Below are positions 41,084 through 53,641 of a DNA stretch of 64,000 nucleotides, one piece after another (position 1 is the first letter of the stretch; every line of letters begins with the position of its first letter). The translations under genes and the position numbers were made by a program. The notes under the pieces were generated by a model, which saw only the letters and a program-made list of their open reading frames with translations, was not told where the DNA came from and made no database searches. Source of the stretch: Macrostomum lignano (lineage: Eukaryota); assembly GCA_002269645.1 (NCBI GenBank), contig NIVC01001406.1, positions 124,001 through 188,000 on the forward strand, read 5' to 3'.

Positions 41084-41249
41084 GCAAAGAGGTGTCTGAT
41101 CAGTATGAATGAAGACAAACTCGTAAGCTGCAGCGACATTCTTATCTCAAACAGCTCTTGGGTATCACAAGCATGTGAGAATGCGTGAAGCAGACTGATT
41201 GATTTAAATCAAAAATTAAGTTATTGGTATCAAAACGCTGGTCTATGTA

Positions 41250-41665
41250 CCTCACTCCCTGCCCCTACCCAGCCACCTCACTCCCTGCCCCTCCCCAACC
41301 CAACCTCACACACAGCCCCCAAACCTCGCACCACTGCAGCCACCTCACTCCCTGCCCTCAAACCCCTCACCACTGCAGCCACCTCACTCCCTGTCCCAAA
41401 CCCCTAACCACTGCAGCCACCTCACTCCCTGCCCCCAAACCCCGCACCACTGCAGCCACCTCACTCCCTGTCCCAAACCCCTACCACTGCAGCCACCTCA
41501 CTCCCTGCCCTCAAACCCCTCACCACTGCAGCCACCTCACTCCCTGTCCCAAACCCCTAACCACTGCAGCCACCTCACTCCCCGCCTCCAAACCTCGCAC
41601 CACTGCAGCCACCTCAGTCCCCGCCCCCAAACCCTGCACCACTGCAGCCACCTCACTCCCTGCCC
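41250..41665. repeat. ~39-40-bp repeat (CCACTGCAGCCACCTCACTCCCTGCCCCAAACCC)
   Basis: About 10 degenerate units. Confidence 0.9.
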
Positions 41666-42324
41666 TTCCCAGCCTCAAGCATTCAGCTACCTCACCTCTG
41701 ATGATTACGTTCGTACGATGTCAACTTAATTTCAAAGCACGCACTTTTGCAGAGACCTTGCCTATTGCTGCAATATTCTAGTGCTTAGAAGCTACATTCG
41801 TCCCATACAAATTTTCAAACACTCGTAGCAGTAAGCTATGCATAATGCGAACTTGCAAATAAAAAAAGCACTATGTGTATTTAAATGCGCCCTTTTAAAT
41901 TTCGCATCAAAACTTGCCGAAAAGATTGACGTCTGCTTATCTGTTTAGTGCGACCGCTATGATCAATGATGAAGTTTTTGTCTTTTTTCCCTCGCTTTTG
42001 TGTCCCGTCTTTAATTAGCATCGCAGACTGTCTGTTCAGCTTGAACGCATTGTTAAAACAACGCGCTTAGTTTTTTAGTTTCATTGCATTTGCCCGTCGG
42101 CTGACTAGCACGCGGAACCAGAGTATGCTGACCCTTCATCGCATCTGAAAGCAACGAAATATTGAAAAGATTACTCTTAATTTGTGTCTATAATAGAAGT
42201 TTTAAAAGACCAAGTAGCAAGTTTTGTTTTGGACATGGCCAATTATAACTTATTGGAATTAAATGCTGCACAGTTTTAACTGCTTTGCGCCAGGCCCGAG
42301 AAGGGAGCAAGAGAGTATGTTGGG

Positions 42325-42777
42325 GGATGAGAAAGGAGAGTGAGAAAGAGTTGGGGGATGAGACAGGAGAGTGAGAAAGAGGGTGACAGGGAGAGAATAC
42401 AGGGAGAGAAGGGAGACAAGAAGAGAGGGAGAGAGGAGAGAGGAGAGAAAAAAGAAGAGAGGGGGAGAGAGGAGACAGGAGACAGAGGGAAAGAGGAGAA
42501 GAGAAGAGAGAGAGGAGAGAGAGAGAGGAGAGAGAGAGAAGAGAGAGAGGAGAGAGGAGAGAGAGGAGAGAGAGGAGAGAGAGGAGAGAGGAGAGAGAGA
42601 AGAGAGAGAGGAGAGAGGAGAGAGAGGAGAGAGGAGAGAGGAGAGAGAGGAGAGAGAGGAGAGAGGAGAGAGAGAGAGGAGAGAGGAGAGAGAGAGGAGA
42701 GAGGAGAGAGAGAGGAGAGAGGAGAGAGAGGAGAGAGAGAGAGGAGAGAGGAGAGAGAGAGGAGAGAGGAGAGAGAA
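42325..42777. repeat. GA-rich low-complexity repeat (GAGAGGAGA)
   Basis: Directly visible. Confidence 0.93.
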
Positions 42778-43194
42778 GTCTGGACAGAAACAAGTTAAGA
42801 AGGAACAGTCAATCAATCTGGTGGATCAGTGATACCTTAAAAACATACCTTTCTTTCTAATTGGCTTCTTTGATAGAAGCCGTACCGTGGTGCAGTCTTG
42901 ATTTATTATCTCTTTGGGAGTCTAAACACGCTATTGCTATCGTATCTGTCTCCGGGGGCAACCCTGTCTGCTGATTGCAAATTTCACCTGTCGATCAGAG
43001 ATGCTTGTATACTGCGAGCGATTCGTGATAATTAGACTGGAAAAACTCATTGGCTCAGGGGTTAGTTATGAGCATTTTTTTTACATGATTAAGCCATGAG
43101 TTTTGCACCGTGACTCTCACTGCCATTGTGATGCTCTCACTGTCGCTGTAACTAAGAACCTAACACTGTAGTTTTCATAGTTAAAGTGGCTCAA

Positions 43195-44065
43195 TGACCC
43201 TCTTTCTGTCGCTATGACCCTCTTTCTGTCGCTATGACCCTAATAATATCGTTATGACCGTAATACTGTCGGTAGGACCCTTATATTGTCGCTATGACCC
43301 TCTTTCTGTTGCTATGACCCTCTTTCTGTCGCTATGACCCTCTTTCTGTCTCTATGACCCTCGTTCTGTCGCTATGACCCTAATAATATCGTTATGACCG
43401 TAATACTGTCGTTATGACCCTAAATACTGTCGCTATGACCCCAATACTGTCGCTATTACCCTAATAATGTCGTTATGACCCTAATACTGTCGCTATTACC
43501 CTAATAATGTCGTTATGACCCTAAATACTGTCGCTATGACCCTAATACTGTCGCTATGACCATAATAATGTCGTTATGACCCTAATACTGTCGTTATGAC
43601 CCTAATACTGTCGCTATGACCCTAATACTGTCGCTATGACCCTAATACTGTCGCTATGACCCTAATACTGTCGCTATGACCCTAATACTGTCGCTATGAC
43701 CCTATTACCACTATCGGTATGACCCTAATACTATTGCTGTGACCATAATACAATTGGTATGAGCCTAATAATATCGTTTTGAGCCTAATACTATTGCTAT
43801 GACCCTAATACTGTCGCTATGACCCTAATACTGTCGCTATGACTCTAATACTGTCGCTATGACCCTATTACCACTATCGGTATGACCCTAATACTATTGC
43901 TGTGACCATAATACAATTGGTATGAGCCTAATAATATCGTTTTGAGCCTAATACTATTGCTATGACCCTAATACTGTCGCTATGACCCTAATACTGTCGC
44001 TATGACCCTAATCTATCGCTATGACCCTAATACTGTCGCTATAACCCTAATACTGTCGCTATGAC
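43195..44065. repeat. 20-bp repeat (GCTATGACCCTAATACTGTC)
   Basis: Directly visible. Confidence 0.93.
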
Positions 44066-44355
44066 ATCTTACTATCACTACTTACAATTCTGCCATGACG
44101 CAGCTCATAGCCATAGAAAATGTAATGAGTATTCTGTGCAACAAAGTTAAACTCTCATCGTATTTGTAATTTAAACAAATAGTTCGTCACTCACAAAGGA
44201 AGCTAGATTGAAGTCACGTGCTTTTTGGAGAATATATTAAAATTCAACGCGAGCGGGAATTTCAGTCAGGAATTAAAATATGTTAAGTAAAAAGATAAGG
44301 GAAATGAGTCACAATGGCTGACAACAGATGAATAACAATGAATATAAATATCCAT

Positions 44356-44500
44356 TCATATTGGAGTTTGCCAGCGCGGTCTTGACTCTCGGCTGTCAGT
44401 TGTCGGTTGGTCAAGTTCAGAACTGGGGCATTTTCTGTAGCCTGCGGGATTTCGGAGGCAGATGGTGACTATCCATCTGTGTACTTTTTTTCGTACCCAT
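44356..44500 (-). mobile_element. Possible degenerate LINE (RTE-like) 3' remnant
   Basis: HRWIVTICLRNPAGY...SRESRPRWQTPI loosely resembles the RWxGHxxR...RGRPxxRW pattern. Confidence 0.25.
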
Positions 44501-44779
44501 ACTGAATGACTGGTGGGATCGCCTATTTCCCCATTTGACATTTGGAATTCAATAATAAATACTAGATGTGTATCTGGGGATCTGATCGACAGTAAGGAAT
44601 ATAAATGTTGATAATAGCTAGTGCATGCAACTGTATCGTCTGCCCAGATTAACCATCAGTCTAGCTGTAGATGTCTTTGTGTCACAGTTGTGTAAGATCG
44701 TATACAGTGAGCTAAGCTGCTAGACTAGATTGGCTGATATTAGCTAGTTGAGTGGCTGATATTAGATAGTTGAGTGTGT

Positions 44780-45200
44780 AATAAGCTAGTTGAGTGGGTG
44801 ATAAGCTTGTTGAGTGGGTGATAAGCTTGTTTGAGTGGGTGATAAGCTAGTTGAGTGGGTGATAAGCTTGTTGAGTGGGTGATAAGCTAGTTGAGTGGGT
44901 GATAAGCTTGTTGAGTGGGTGATAAGCTTGTTGAGTGGGTGATAAGCTAGTTGAGTGGGTGATAAGCTTGTTGAGTGGGTGATAAGCTTGTTTGAGTGGG
45001 TGATAAGCTAGTTGAGTGGGTGATAAGCTAGTTGAGTGGGTGATAAGCTAGTTGAGTGGGTGATAAGCTTGTTGAGTGGGTGATAAGCTAGTTGAGTGAG
45101 TGATAAGCTTGTTGAGTGGGTGATAGGCTTGTTTGAGTGGGGGATAAACTATTGTAGTTAAATGGGTGATTAGTTGAGTGGGTGATAAGCTGATAAGCTG
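44780..45200. repeat. 20-bp repeat (GATAAGCTTGTTGAGTGGGT)
   Basis: Directly visible. Confidence 0.94.
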
Positions 45201-45295
45201 AAATTTAAGACCAGAATTCGGATCCTTATTAATACAATAGATTATGTTTATTGATACACCCGGGTTCTTCATCAAACATCAGAAGCATATTATTC

Positions 45296-48200
45296 TTACA
45301 CAAGCTCCGGGTTGCTCAGAGGACCAAACAACTCGACAACAGAATCTGCTGATCCCGAGAGCGCATCTTGGAGACCCTGGGAGCTGATGCTGCTGAGGCT
45401 GGCATTGCTGCTGGTGTCGCTGCTGCTGCAGCTGCTGCTGTCGTCGCTGCTGGTCAGGCCAGTGGAGTGGTGATTGAAGTTCTTCTGCAGTCGGCCTCTG
45501 CCGGATTTGCCTCCCATGCCAACATCGACACCGACTGTGGTGCAGCCTGGGCAGCCCAGCTTGCTGACTGGACGGTCTGGAGATGAGATTATAGGTGAAC
45601 AGTAGGCAGATGGTCGCCCTCAATGACTTTATCTTTCACCGACTTCTCCAGTGACTCCTAAGCCACTTTGAGCTTATTAGTAACCTTGAAACTTTTCTCT
45701 AGTTCTCTAGTGACCTTGAAAGTTCAAATAAGTTCTCTAGAGACCTTTAAACTTGAAACAAGTTCTCTAGTGACCTTGAAACTTGAAACAAGTTCTCTAG
45801 TGACCTTGAAACTTGTTCGAGTTGAAAAGTGACCTTGAAGCTTTCCTCTATTTCTCAAGTGACCTTGAAACTTTCCTCTAGTTCACTAGTGACCTTGAAA
45901 CTTGTTCGAGTTGAATAGTGACCTTGGAGCTTTCCTCTACTCGTAGTTCTCTAGTGACCTTGGAACTTTCCTCTAGTTTTCCAGTGACCTTGAAACTTGT
46001 TCGAGCTGATTAGTGACCTTGTAGCTTTCCGCCTAGTTCTTTAGTGACCTTGAAACTTGTTCGAGTTGAATAATGACCTTGAAATATTCCTCTAATTCTC
46101 CAGTGACCTTGAAACTTGTTCGAGTTGATTAATGACCTTGAAGCTTTCCTCTAGTTCTCCAGTGACCTTGAAACTTTCCTCTACTTCTCTAGTGACCTTG
46201 AAACTTGTTCGAGTTGATTAGTGACCTTGGAGCTTTCCTCAAGTTCCCTAGTGACCTTGAAACTTGTTCGAGTTGAGTAGTGACCTTATAGCTTTTCTCT
46301 AGTTCTCTAGTGACCTTGAAGAAACTTTCCTCTACTTCTCTCTAGTGACCTTGAAACTTGTTTGAGTTGAATAGTGTCCATGGACCTTTCTGCACTATAA
46401 AAGTGACTTTAAACCTTTAACGACTGCAGTTCTCGAGTGAAGGACCATTTATTTCCTATTTTTTCTTGTGCTTTTAATTTATATTCAAACTAAAGCCTTC
46501 TTTGCATTCATTTATTGTAATCGAAACTTTCTTCAGTAACTTGGAAAATTTCCTCAGTGTCTTTCGTTGACAAAAATACAGTAAAATCCAATTGACTCAC
46601 ACAACAGGGGCAGGGCTGAGCAGCCATAGCTTTCAGAGTCTCCCAGCGCCACCCGACCGCTCGCGCTTTCCTCATCAATTTTTTCTGAGCCGCCACTTTC
46701 ACAGCAATCTTTTTGTCTGTCGTCAGCGCTGCCGGCCACTCCGACCTCGCCGCAGTCGCTGCTGCAGCAGCACTGATGCTGCTGAAACTGACAGCGGCAT
46801 GACTCCTTGATTGACTGGCCGGTCTCGCGGCTCGGAGAAGCGGTCGAAGGCGCGGCGGCTACCGAGGATACAGCGGGCAGTCTGGCTTTGTTGACGTCTG
46901 CGGAGTTGTTGACAGGCGCCCGGGCGCGCTGCGGCCTGTCGGACTGTCGCCTATCGTTTCTGCTGTCCTTCTCTTTTTCTGCAAAAGAGAATTTGAGTTG
47001 GTTTCTAAAATCCAGTAAGGCACCTCAGAATAAAAAACAAAACACAGCCACTCTCAGTCCCTCACCTGCAAGTTTGTTCACAAGTCCAGCAATTGATGCC
47101 TCAAATTCACCGAGGGTCTGCCGAATCTGCCGTAGCAGAGTGCGTTCTCGAGCCTCTTGGTCTCTAGAGAGCAGGTCGCGCATGGTCGAAGAAACGACCT
47201 GAGCTAGTACGCTTTTCACTTCGCGCGGATCTGCAGTGCATGTTTTGGCAGAAAAGGAACTCGTAGAGTTTACTTCGCTATTTTACATTACACTCTACTC
47301 ATAGTAGATATTCGAGTTTTTTTTCTTGCCATCAAATAAATCGGAGCAGACACTGAACTCACCCATCACAAGCAGAGGCCTGCCGGCGCTGGCACTGCGG
47401 CTACTGTGCTCAGTCCTCGATTCTTTGAGTTGCTGCTCCGGCTTTGCAGACTCCGCAGTCGCGTTATAGTCGTAGTCAGCGACATGCCACGGCAATTGCG
47501 TCTCAGCAATGAGGCTTCTATGCCTCTTGGCTGGCGAAGCTAAAAGTTTTATAAATACGTTTAGAGAACATTTTAGAATGAAGCTTTAGTCTAATTATAT
47601 CCTATTATATTCTATTAGGGGGTTTTAGTCTAGTAAGGGGTTGTAGCCTAGTGGCTAGAGCGTCGGACACGAAGGTAGGAGGTTCGATTCCCTATTCCAC
47701 TGGAACTATTTGTGTCCTTAAGCAAGACATTAACATGTCAAAGACTCAAAGTCACGTGACACAATCTTGGTTTTCCTTCGGCGTAAAGATGTTATCACAT
47801 GTAGAAATACTAGAAACTCACCTCGCCGTTTCGACCTTCGATTAGATGAATAAATTTCTGTCTCGGCCGCGTCCGCTGCTGACCCTGCGGTTGATGGAGC
47901 TGCTTGAGGAACCGGCTGTTTCTGCTGCGGTTGCTGCTGCGGTTGTTGCGGTTGCCAAGTGGAGGCATCAGAGGTGGCGCTCGGTGGCAGGCTGGCGGTC
48001 AAGCGGCTGCTGGTCGGCGATGGTGCCCTGCCCAGCAGCCGGGGCATGACCCTCCCGATGCCGCTGAGCAATGAGCTGGCCATTGCGAGCTCCTGACCTT
48101 GAGCCACCGGCTGCGGTAGCCGCTGCTGCTGCTGATGCGGCTGCTGCGACAGCTGCTGCTGCTGCTGATGATGATGTTCCTGACGCGTCTGTCGCTGCTG

Positions 48201-48321
48201 ATGCCGCTGACGAGACGATGACGGTTGCTGCCGTTGGACATCCGCGGAGCAACGATTGTACTCCTGGTACAGCAGGCCGATGTCCAGGCTGTCAGCTGAC
48301 TGCGCCAGGATTGTCGAGTTG
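45296..48321 (-). CDS. Uncharacterised multi-exon protein (Q/H-rich, helical, Cys-rich and Ser-rich segments). Exons 48321-47822, 47539-47363, 47230-47066, 46978-46601, 45576-45296; 5' end unresolved
   Basis: Four consecutive introns with GTGAGT/GTGAGG donors and pyrimidine-AG acceptors, all phase 1. Internal exons are 177, 165 and 378 nt. The spliced frame is open to TAA at 45296. Confidence 0.75.
45640..46375. repeat. Composite intronic repeat (CTAGTGACCTTGAAACTTGTTCGAGTTGAA and variants)
   Basis: Directly visible. Confidence 0.9.
47637..47734 (+). mobile_element. tRNA-derived SINE 5' fragment
   Basis: A box TAGCCTAGTGG and B box GGTTCGATTCC, no complete cloverleaf; followed by TTGTGTCCTTAAGCAAGACA, a motif common in metazoan SINE bodies. 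Confidence 0.65.
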
Positions 48322-48819
48322 CTGTTTTATATGCACCAAAATATTCGGTCAGCCTAGCGACTTGACGCAGCTCCGGGTGATTTTTTAATTACATTTGACG
48401 GACGCAGTCACAAAGTCAAATTGACTTTCGGCCATAGACTGCGGGTACCATGCAGTAGCGGCTTTTGTTTATTCCATAATTTAGAAACTTAATTAAAAAT
48501 TACACGAATCGAAGTATACTTTTTTTGCGTACGACAAAAGCTCGCGCTTTTCCTGGACATTGAGGAGGCCTTCGACAATATGATCTTCGAGGCCTTTGGC
48601 AGAGCCCTTGAAATCCAGGGCCACCCAGCCTCTCCTTGTCCTTACCCCTGTTCTTTGGAACATGGTCATGAATTAGTCGTTTTGTAGGGATTTTCATGAC
48701 CTCATTTATAGTGGGCTATGCAGCGTTGAGCAAACGAATGTGGCCTCAGGCTCTCAGAGTCGCAAACCACAGCGGTTATGTTTTCCAAAAAACTGCTCTG
48801 GAAATGTGACATTTCTATG

Positions 48820-49420
48820 GAGAAGCAGGTCTGCTGCCTGGGCCTCACTCTAGACCACAGCCTTAACTGGACCCCCCACATCCAAGCTGAAGCTAAAAAA
48901 GCCCTGGCGGTCCACCTGGGAGCTCACCCCCAGGAAGCTGTGGTGGATTTACACTGCCATCATCCGCCCTTCGATCAGTTACGCCAGCCTCGTGTGGGCT
49001 AGCGGTCTGGGCGTCAAGGGCAACCTCTACGCTCTCTACAAAATCCAGGGCAGAGCCTGCCGCATGACTATGGAAGATCCACCCTCTGCTGGAGGCATGA
49101 TCCTCCTCTGGATATTTGTATCAAAGTAGAGGGGGCGAAGAGCACCCGGCGCCTTCTGGATGCTGGGGGTGGCCTTTAAAAAGGTGCGGGCCTTTAAGAA
49201 GCGGTCGCTTATCCCGCACTCCGACCTCTGCCTCAAGACTCTCGAGGAGTGCGGCGGGCTCAACATCCTCACGGACTCGATTCAAGCCACCCTTCTCCTG
49301 AGACAGAGGGATAAGGTCACTATTCAGCCTCGACACGAGGCGAGTGACAGCTGGAGCGATTCCGAAGTCAACTGTTACACTGACGGCTCTATGAGGCATT
49401 GGTCTCTCAAGCTTCGGAGC
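48820..49420 (+). mobile_element. Degenerate non-LTR retrotransposon (I/LOA/R1-like): RT thumb through RNase H start, frameshifted
   Basis: LGLTLDHSLNWTPHI; WIYTAIIRPSISYASLVW; YKIQGRACR; VNCYTDGS (RNase H first motif). Confidence 0.75.
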
Positions 49421-50372
49421 TTGCGTCCTTATCAAGAGAGAAGCGGTGTGAAGCTACTCCAAGCATACTGGACTCAACTTTGCAACTGGCAACGAGTGCG
49501 TTGACCTGCTGGTCAAGGCTGGCTCCGCACAGGGGCCCCTATCCTCGCCTCGGTGATGAACTCCCGCGTTAAGCGCTGAGCTGACTCCAAGCATCTCCGC
49601 TGGTGGCACGACCACTCGAAATTGCAGGAAATCCCGCGCTGCCGTCCCCTGCCTTCCCATCTCATGCGTAGAGCCCTCCTTAGGCTCCACTGCAGCGACC
49701 TCAGAGCAGTCAGCATGGCCCTCTCCGGCATGGCTGCTTCTATCGCCATCGCTTTCTTCAGGGCCAGGTACCTGAGGAGCGGTGCCCCTTCTGTCGCTCA
49801 GGCAGTGAAAGCGCCGAGCACTTTATCTGCCACTGCCCGGTCTTCACCAGGGCCAGGCTCACTCACTCGTTCCAATCCCGGTTCTCTTCGAGAGCATATA
49901 CCTGTAACACCTGGTGAAACGTCTGGCTAGCTGAACATCCAGGATATTGGACATCCAACAGTTTAAAAAAAGAACGTTTCAGTCCCAGAAAAGATTTCTT
50001 GGAATTACCTCGTAGTATTTCGCGTGGAGGCAAGTTAACTACAAACGCGCTCTGTATGCTGTAGTAAGCTGGGTAGAACTCTATGCTATTGTTGGGGCAG
50101 AAAGTGACAGACAGCCTAAAAAAAGAAACAATAAAATTAAGAAGCCAGACCCACCAACTCCATTTAACTGCTATTTATAGCACAGGGCTGTACAGTCACT
50201 GAGCACCACGGGCTCATTGCCTCATTCTGCGGGTAGACAGTAGCGGCCATCGTGGAAATCCCAAGCATTTTTGAAACAGAAGTTCTAAGGTTTTTTATTC
50301 TGCAATTATAAAAGCGTAAAAGAAAAATTGACAAACGCTCAGACACTCGAACCACAAACTTCGGATACAAAA

Positions 50373-51137
50373 ATGCATCTCAGCCAGGTGATTCTCCTGT
50401 GCCCGCTGCTGCTGCTGCTCACCAGCGCCCAGTCACCGCCCGGGCCCCGCCGGCTGCTCCGCTGTCCCGCCGAGTTTGCCGCTCTCGTTGAGCCGCTGCC
50501 CGACAATCCGGACGTGCAGCCGGTGCTCACGACCGGCCCCGGTGTCCGGCTGCAGACTGTCGGGTTTCTGCGGGACTCCGAGCTGAAGCTGGACTCGGAC
50601 GGCCGACTGTGGCTGAGCAGCAGGTTGGCTGGCAACCGCTTCAGCGGGCCGCACGTTCTGTTGTGCTCCGACACCGAGCGCCGCGGCCTCATCACCTTCT
50701 CGCTGTTCGTCAGACTGGCGCCGCCGGACCTCACCGAGGTCAACACTCCAGACGCCCTTCCTGAAGCAACCGTGACATCCGCTGCTCCGTCTGCAGCCAC
50801 CAAGACCTCCGCTGCTCCGTCTGCAACTACCAAGACCTCTGCTGCTACGTCTACAGCTGTCAAGGCATCAGGCGCTCCGGAGAGGCTCGCCGCAGCTCCC
50901 GCCTCCGCCGCCAACGGAGCCGTCAGCCACATCGACGACCCGCTGTTCTGCGCTCTCGCCGCTGCCGTCCTGTTGCTCCTCGCAATCTGCGTCGCTCTCG
51001 CCGTCACCCTCGTAGTCGCCCTTCGCCGACGTCGCTGCACCCAGCGCGGTCTGAAGGGCCCGATCTTCGTCTCCAACCTGGGGTGCAGCGCCGAGCCGCT
51101 GTTTCAGCAGAGCGAGGAGGTCAAGATGGAAGTTTGA
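50373..51137 (+). CDS. Paralog P1 (254 aa): signal peptide, two-Cys ~90-aa ectodomain, Ser/Thr/Ala stalk, one TM helix, short tail ending MEV
   Basis: Intronless ORF, ATG at 50373, TATAAAAG ~65 nt upstream, obvious similarity to three other ORFs in the window. Confidence 0.85.
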   Translation: MHLSQVILLCPLLLLLTSAQSPPGPRRLLRCPAEFAALVEPLPDNPDVQPVLTTGPGVRLQTVGFLRDSELKLDSDGRLWLSSRLAGNRFSGPHVLLCSDTERRGLITFSLFVRLAPPDLTEVNTPDALPEATVTSAAPSAATKTSAAPSATTKTSAATSTAVKASGAPERLAAAPASAANGAVSHIDDPLFCALAAAVLLLLAICVALAVTLVVALRRRRCTQRGLKGPIFVSNLGCSAEPLFQQSEEVKMEV

Positions 51138-51438
51138 AAAGCAGATTAAGAACCTTTTCGAACTGGGAAAATGATGCTTAATCTGTCATTCTTTGCAGAT
51201 ATTTTTACTCGAAAGACAATATGGTACATGTATTCTTTTTTGGATGAATTGAACTTTTTCACTGCATATTCTCTCCAGCTTTATCCTGAATCTCATAAAC
51301 ACTTAGCTGTCTGTCTGAATATGTTTTTCCATTATGAATACAAGAATAATTTAATTGATTGTTATCAAATAATGAAGACATTGTTATTCAGTAAACATGT
51401 GCTAAACTTTCACAACTGAGTAAATAAATTTTACTAAA

Positions 51439-53641
51439 TGATGTAACCACGCTCTGGTCGCGGGATAGGGCATGGGAACTTTTTCGAAAGTGCCTCCTAT
51501 CCCGTGCACCCTCTGCACAGAGCTGTCGAGACTCGGCCAGGTCTCCGACCGGGCCTGGAGACTCCCGCTCTGCTGCACCCCTCCTGCTGCCTTGGTCCCG
51601 TCTCTCCTGCCGCCACACCTGCCTTTCCGGAGCCCCCTACCCCTTTCTGTACCTCCCCTCTACCCTATCTCTTCTGTTTCCGCCCTATTCTTCCTGTACT
51701 TTCCCTTTCCCCCCTCTTTTTATCTCTCTCTGCACTTTTTTTTCCTGCGCTGTCCCTCCTTCTCTGTGTCTACTTACAGTATTTTGTGTGCTCACCGTCT
51801 CCCCATCCCCTCCCAAACTCCCAAACGGTGACGCAAGTCGTGTGACCCCTTCTTCCCCCGATGACTCATCGATGACTCATCCCCCTCTCTTGCGCAACCT
51901 TTTCTCATGCTATTGTTCTCCTCCCCAAATTTCTCATGCGACACCCACCCCACCTCCGCTTCTATTGTTCTCGTTTTTGATTCTTTTGTTCTCTCGACCC
52001 CCACCAATTATCACATTTTCTCCGATTTTCTCTTTCTTTTGTTCTCGTTTTCGCACCTAATTATCACCTTTTCTCCAATGTTTACTTTTCCATTGTTCTC
52101 AGTTTTCCCCAATTATCCCCGATTTCCAATTCCTTTGTTCTCGACCCCAGCCCTATTGTTCTCAATGTTTGCTTGCGCAACACTTTCGCGACCTCCCGCT
52201 GCGCCAATTATCCCCCACCCCACCTCCGGATTGCGCAATTTCCCTATTTCTCATGTTGCTATGCCGGTCTCATGCTTCTCATCATGACTCATTCTGACGT
52301 CATTCTGCCGGCAGCCAATCAGAGAGAGGGAGCCATGGTAACGACATTGAGGAGGCGGCTGTGAGGTCTATAAAAGGAAGCGATTTCGGCATGAGAATCC
52401 TCAACTTTTCCTCTCCTCGTCCTTCTTTGGACTTGCCGTCAGATTGAGTTCTGACCCATTCGTCTATAAGACGAGTCCCTGCCGGTCCGCGGTCTGTTAC
52501 CGCCAAGTTATCCTTAGCTCCCCAAGTGAGCTCGCCTATCGGCCAGCGGTCTGACACCGCCCAGCATCATCAGCATCGCCTGATCCACATCAGCGCCTCG
52601 TCGCTCCAGCGCATCGCCGCTTCACCGTCTGCCTGATTGCAGCCTACAGCCGCCACCGGTCACTCCGCCTCTCTCTCTCTCTGTGCAGCTGCCGGTAAGT
52701 TCCTGTTACTAATTTGTGCTCTAATTGCCTTTGCTTATCCGGGGTTTGCCTATTTTCCATTGTCTGATTAGAGAGCTGAGCCAATTGTGATACCGTATCT
52801 TTTGCTGTATTTTACTCAATAGTGAAGCCGCCTAATTGCCTGATTATTTGCCTAAGGGCCTAATTATTAACTATTAACTAACTTCATCATTATTCAATCT
52901 TTCACCATCATTTCACTCATGGCTTGCTAAGCCTTTCTCCCGGGGTGGCAAAGCATAAGGAAGTTTGGGTAAGCTAATGGCCTCTCCCCGTGCAAAGCCC
53001 GCCTGTGAGTGCGTGCTGCGGGGCCGCGTGTGCGTGCAGTAGAGGGATTAGCGAGTCTTGGCACAGAATGGCAGCAGGAAGGTTGCAACCCCATGCTAAC
53101 GCGTCCCTTCGCCCTGAGCAATCTAAACTGTAGACAGTACATGTTCGCCTCATACTACTCTTAGTAATCAAAGTCGCAAGTCAGTCTCGCTCACAGCCAC
53201 AAAGGATCCCCTGCTGAGAAATCCTCCAGGATTGAGCCCAGAGTTCCCGATCATGCCCCAAGCAGAGTCCCTGTACTCGGCTGCATGCGTCTCCCCTGTT
53301 AGCCTAAATCCCCTGGTAACCAATCCAGGCGGGGCTCTAGCCTCGAGAGGTCTGGTAGAAAGATCCAGGTGCGCCAGGTCACATAGAGTGGTGGCAGCCA
53401 CTCGGTCATACCATGACCGAGTGACCAACTATTGCACCTTGGCTACAGGTGGGGTCCATGTGGGTCCTTGGCCCTCTGGTCACGAAGCGCTACCAAAGCT
53501 ACTAATCATGTGGGCGGGACAGTCTGGTGCTGGAGGTCCGTCAGGTCATTGCCCGGTCATAGGCAGCCTACGGTCATTGCCCCCTCTAGCCATGCGTTCG
53601 TCTCTCTACGGAGCGGACAGGCGACAAGGGCGGTTACATCA
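51439..53641 (+). mobile_element. 2203-bp TG...CA element with terminal inverted repeats and a 4-bp target duplication; probable solo LTR
   Basis: Starts TGATGTAACC, ends GGTTACATCA; TAAA at both 51435-51438 and 53642-53645; internal TATA promoter; no intact ORF. Confidence 0.7.
51862..52376 (+). promoter_or_regulatory. Pol II promoter/enhancer inside the element
   Basis: AP-1 TGACTCA at 51862, 51873, 52285; C/EBP TTGCGCAA at 51890, 52173, 52231; CRE TGACGTCA at 52295; AGCCAATCAG ~52313; TATAAAAG at 52369; downstream donor CCG|GTAAGT at 52695. Confidence 0.7.

Noticed and set aside
47637-47700. Functional tRNA gene
   Set aside because: A and B boxes are present but the anticodon arm and acceptor stem do not form; SINE-type body follows
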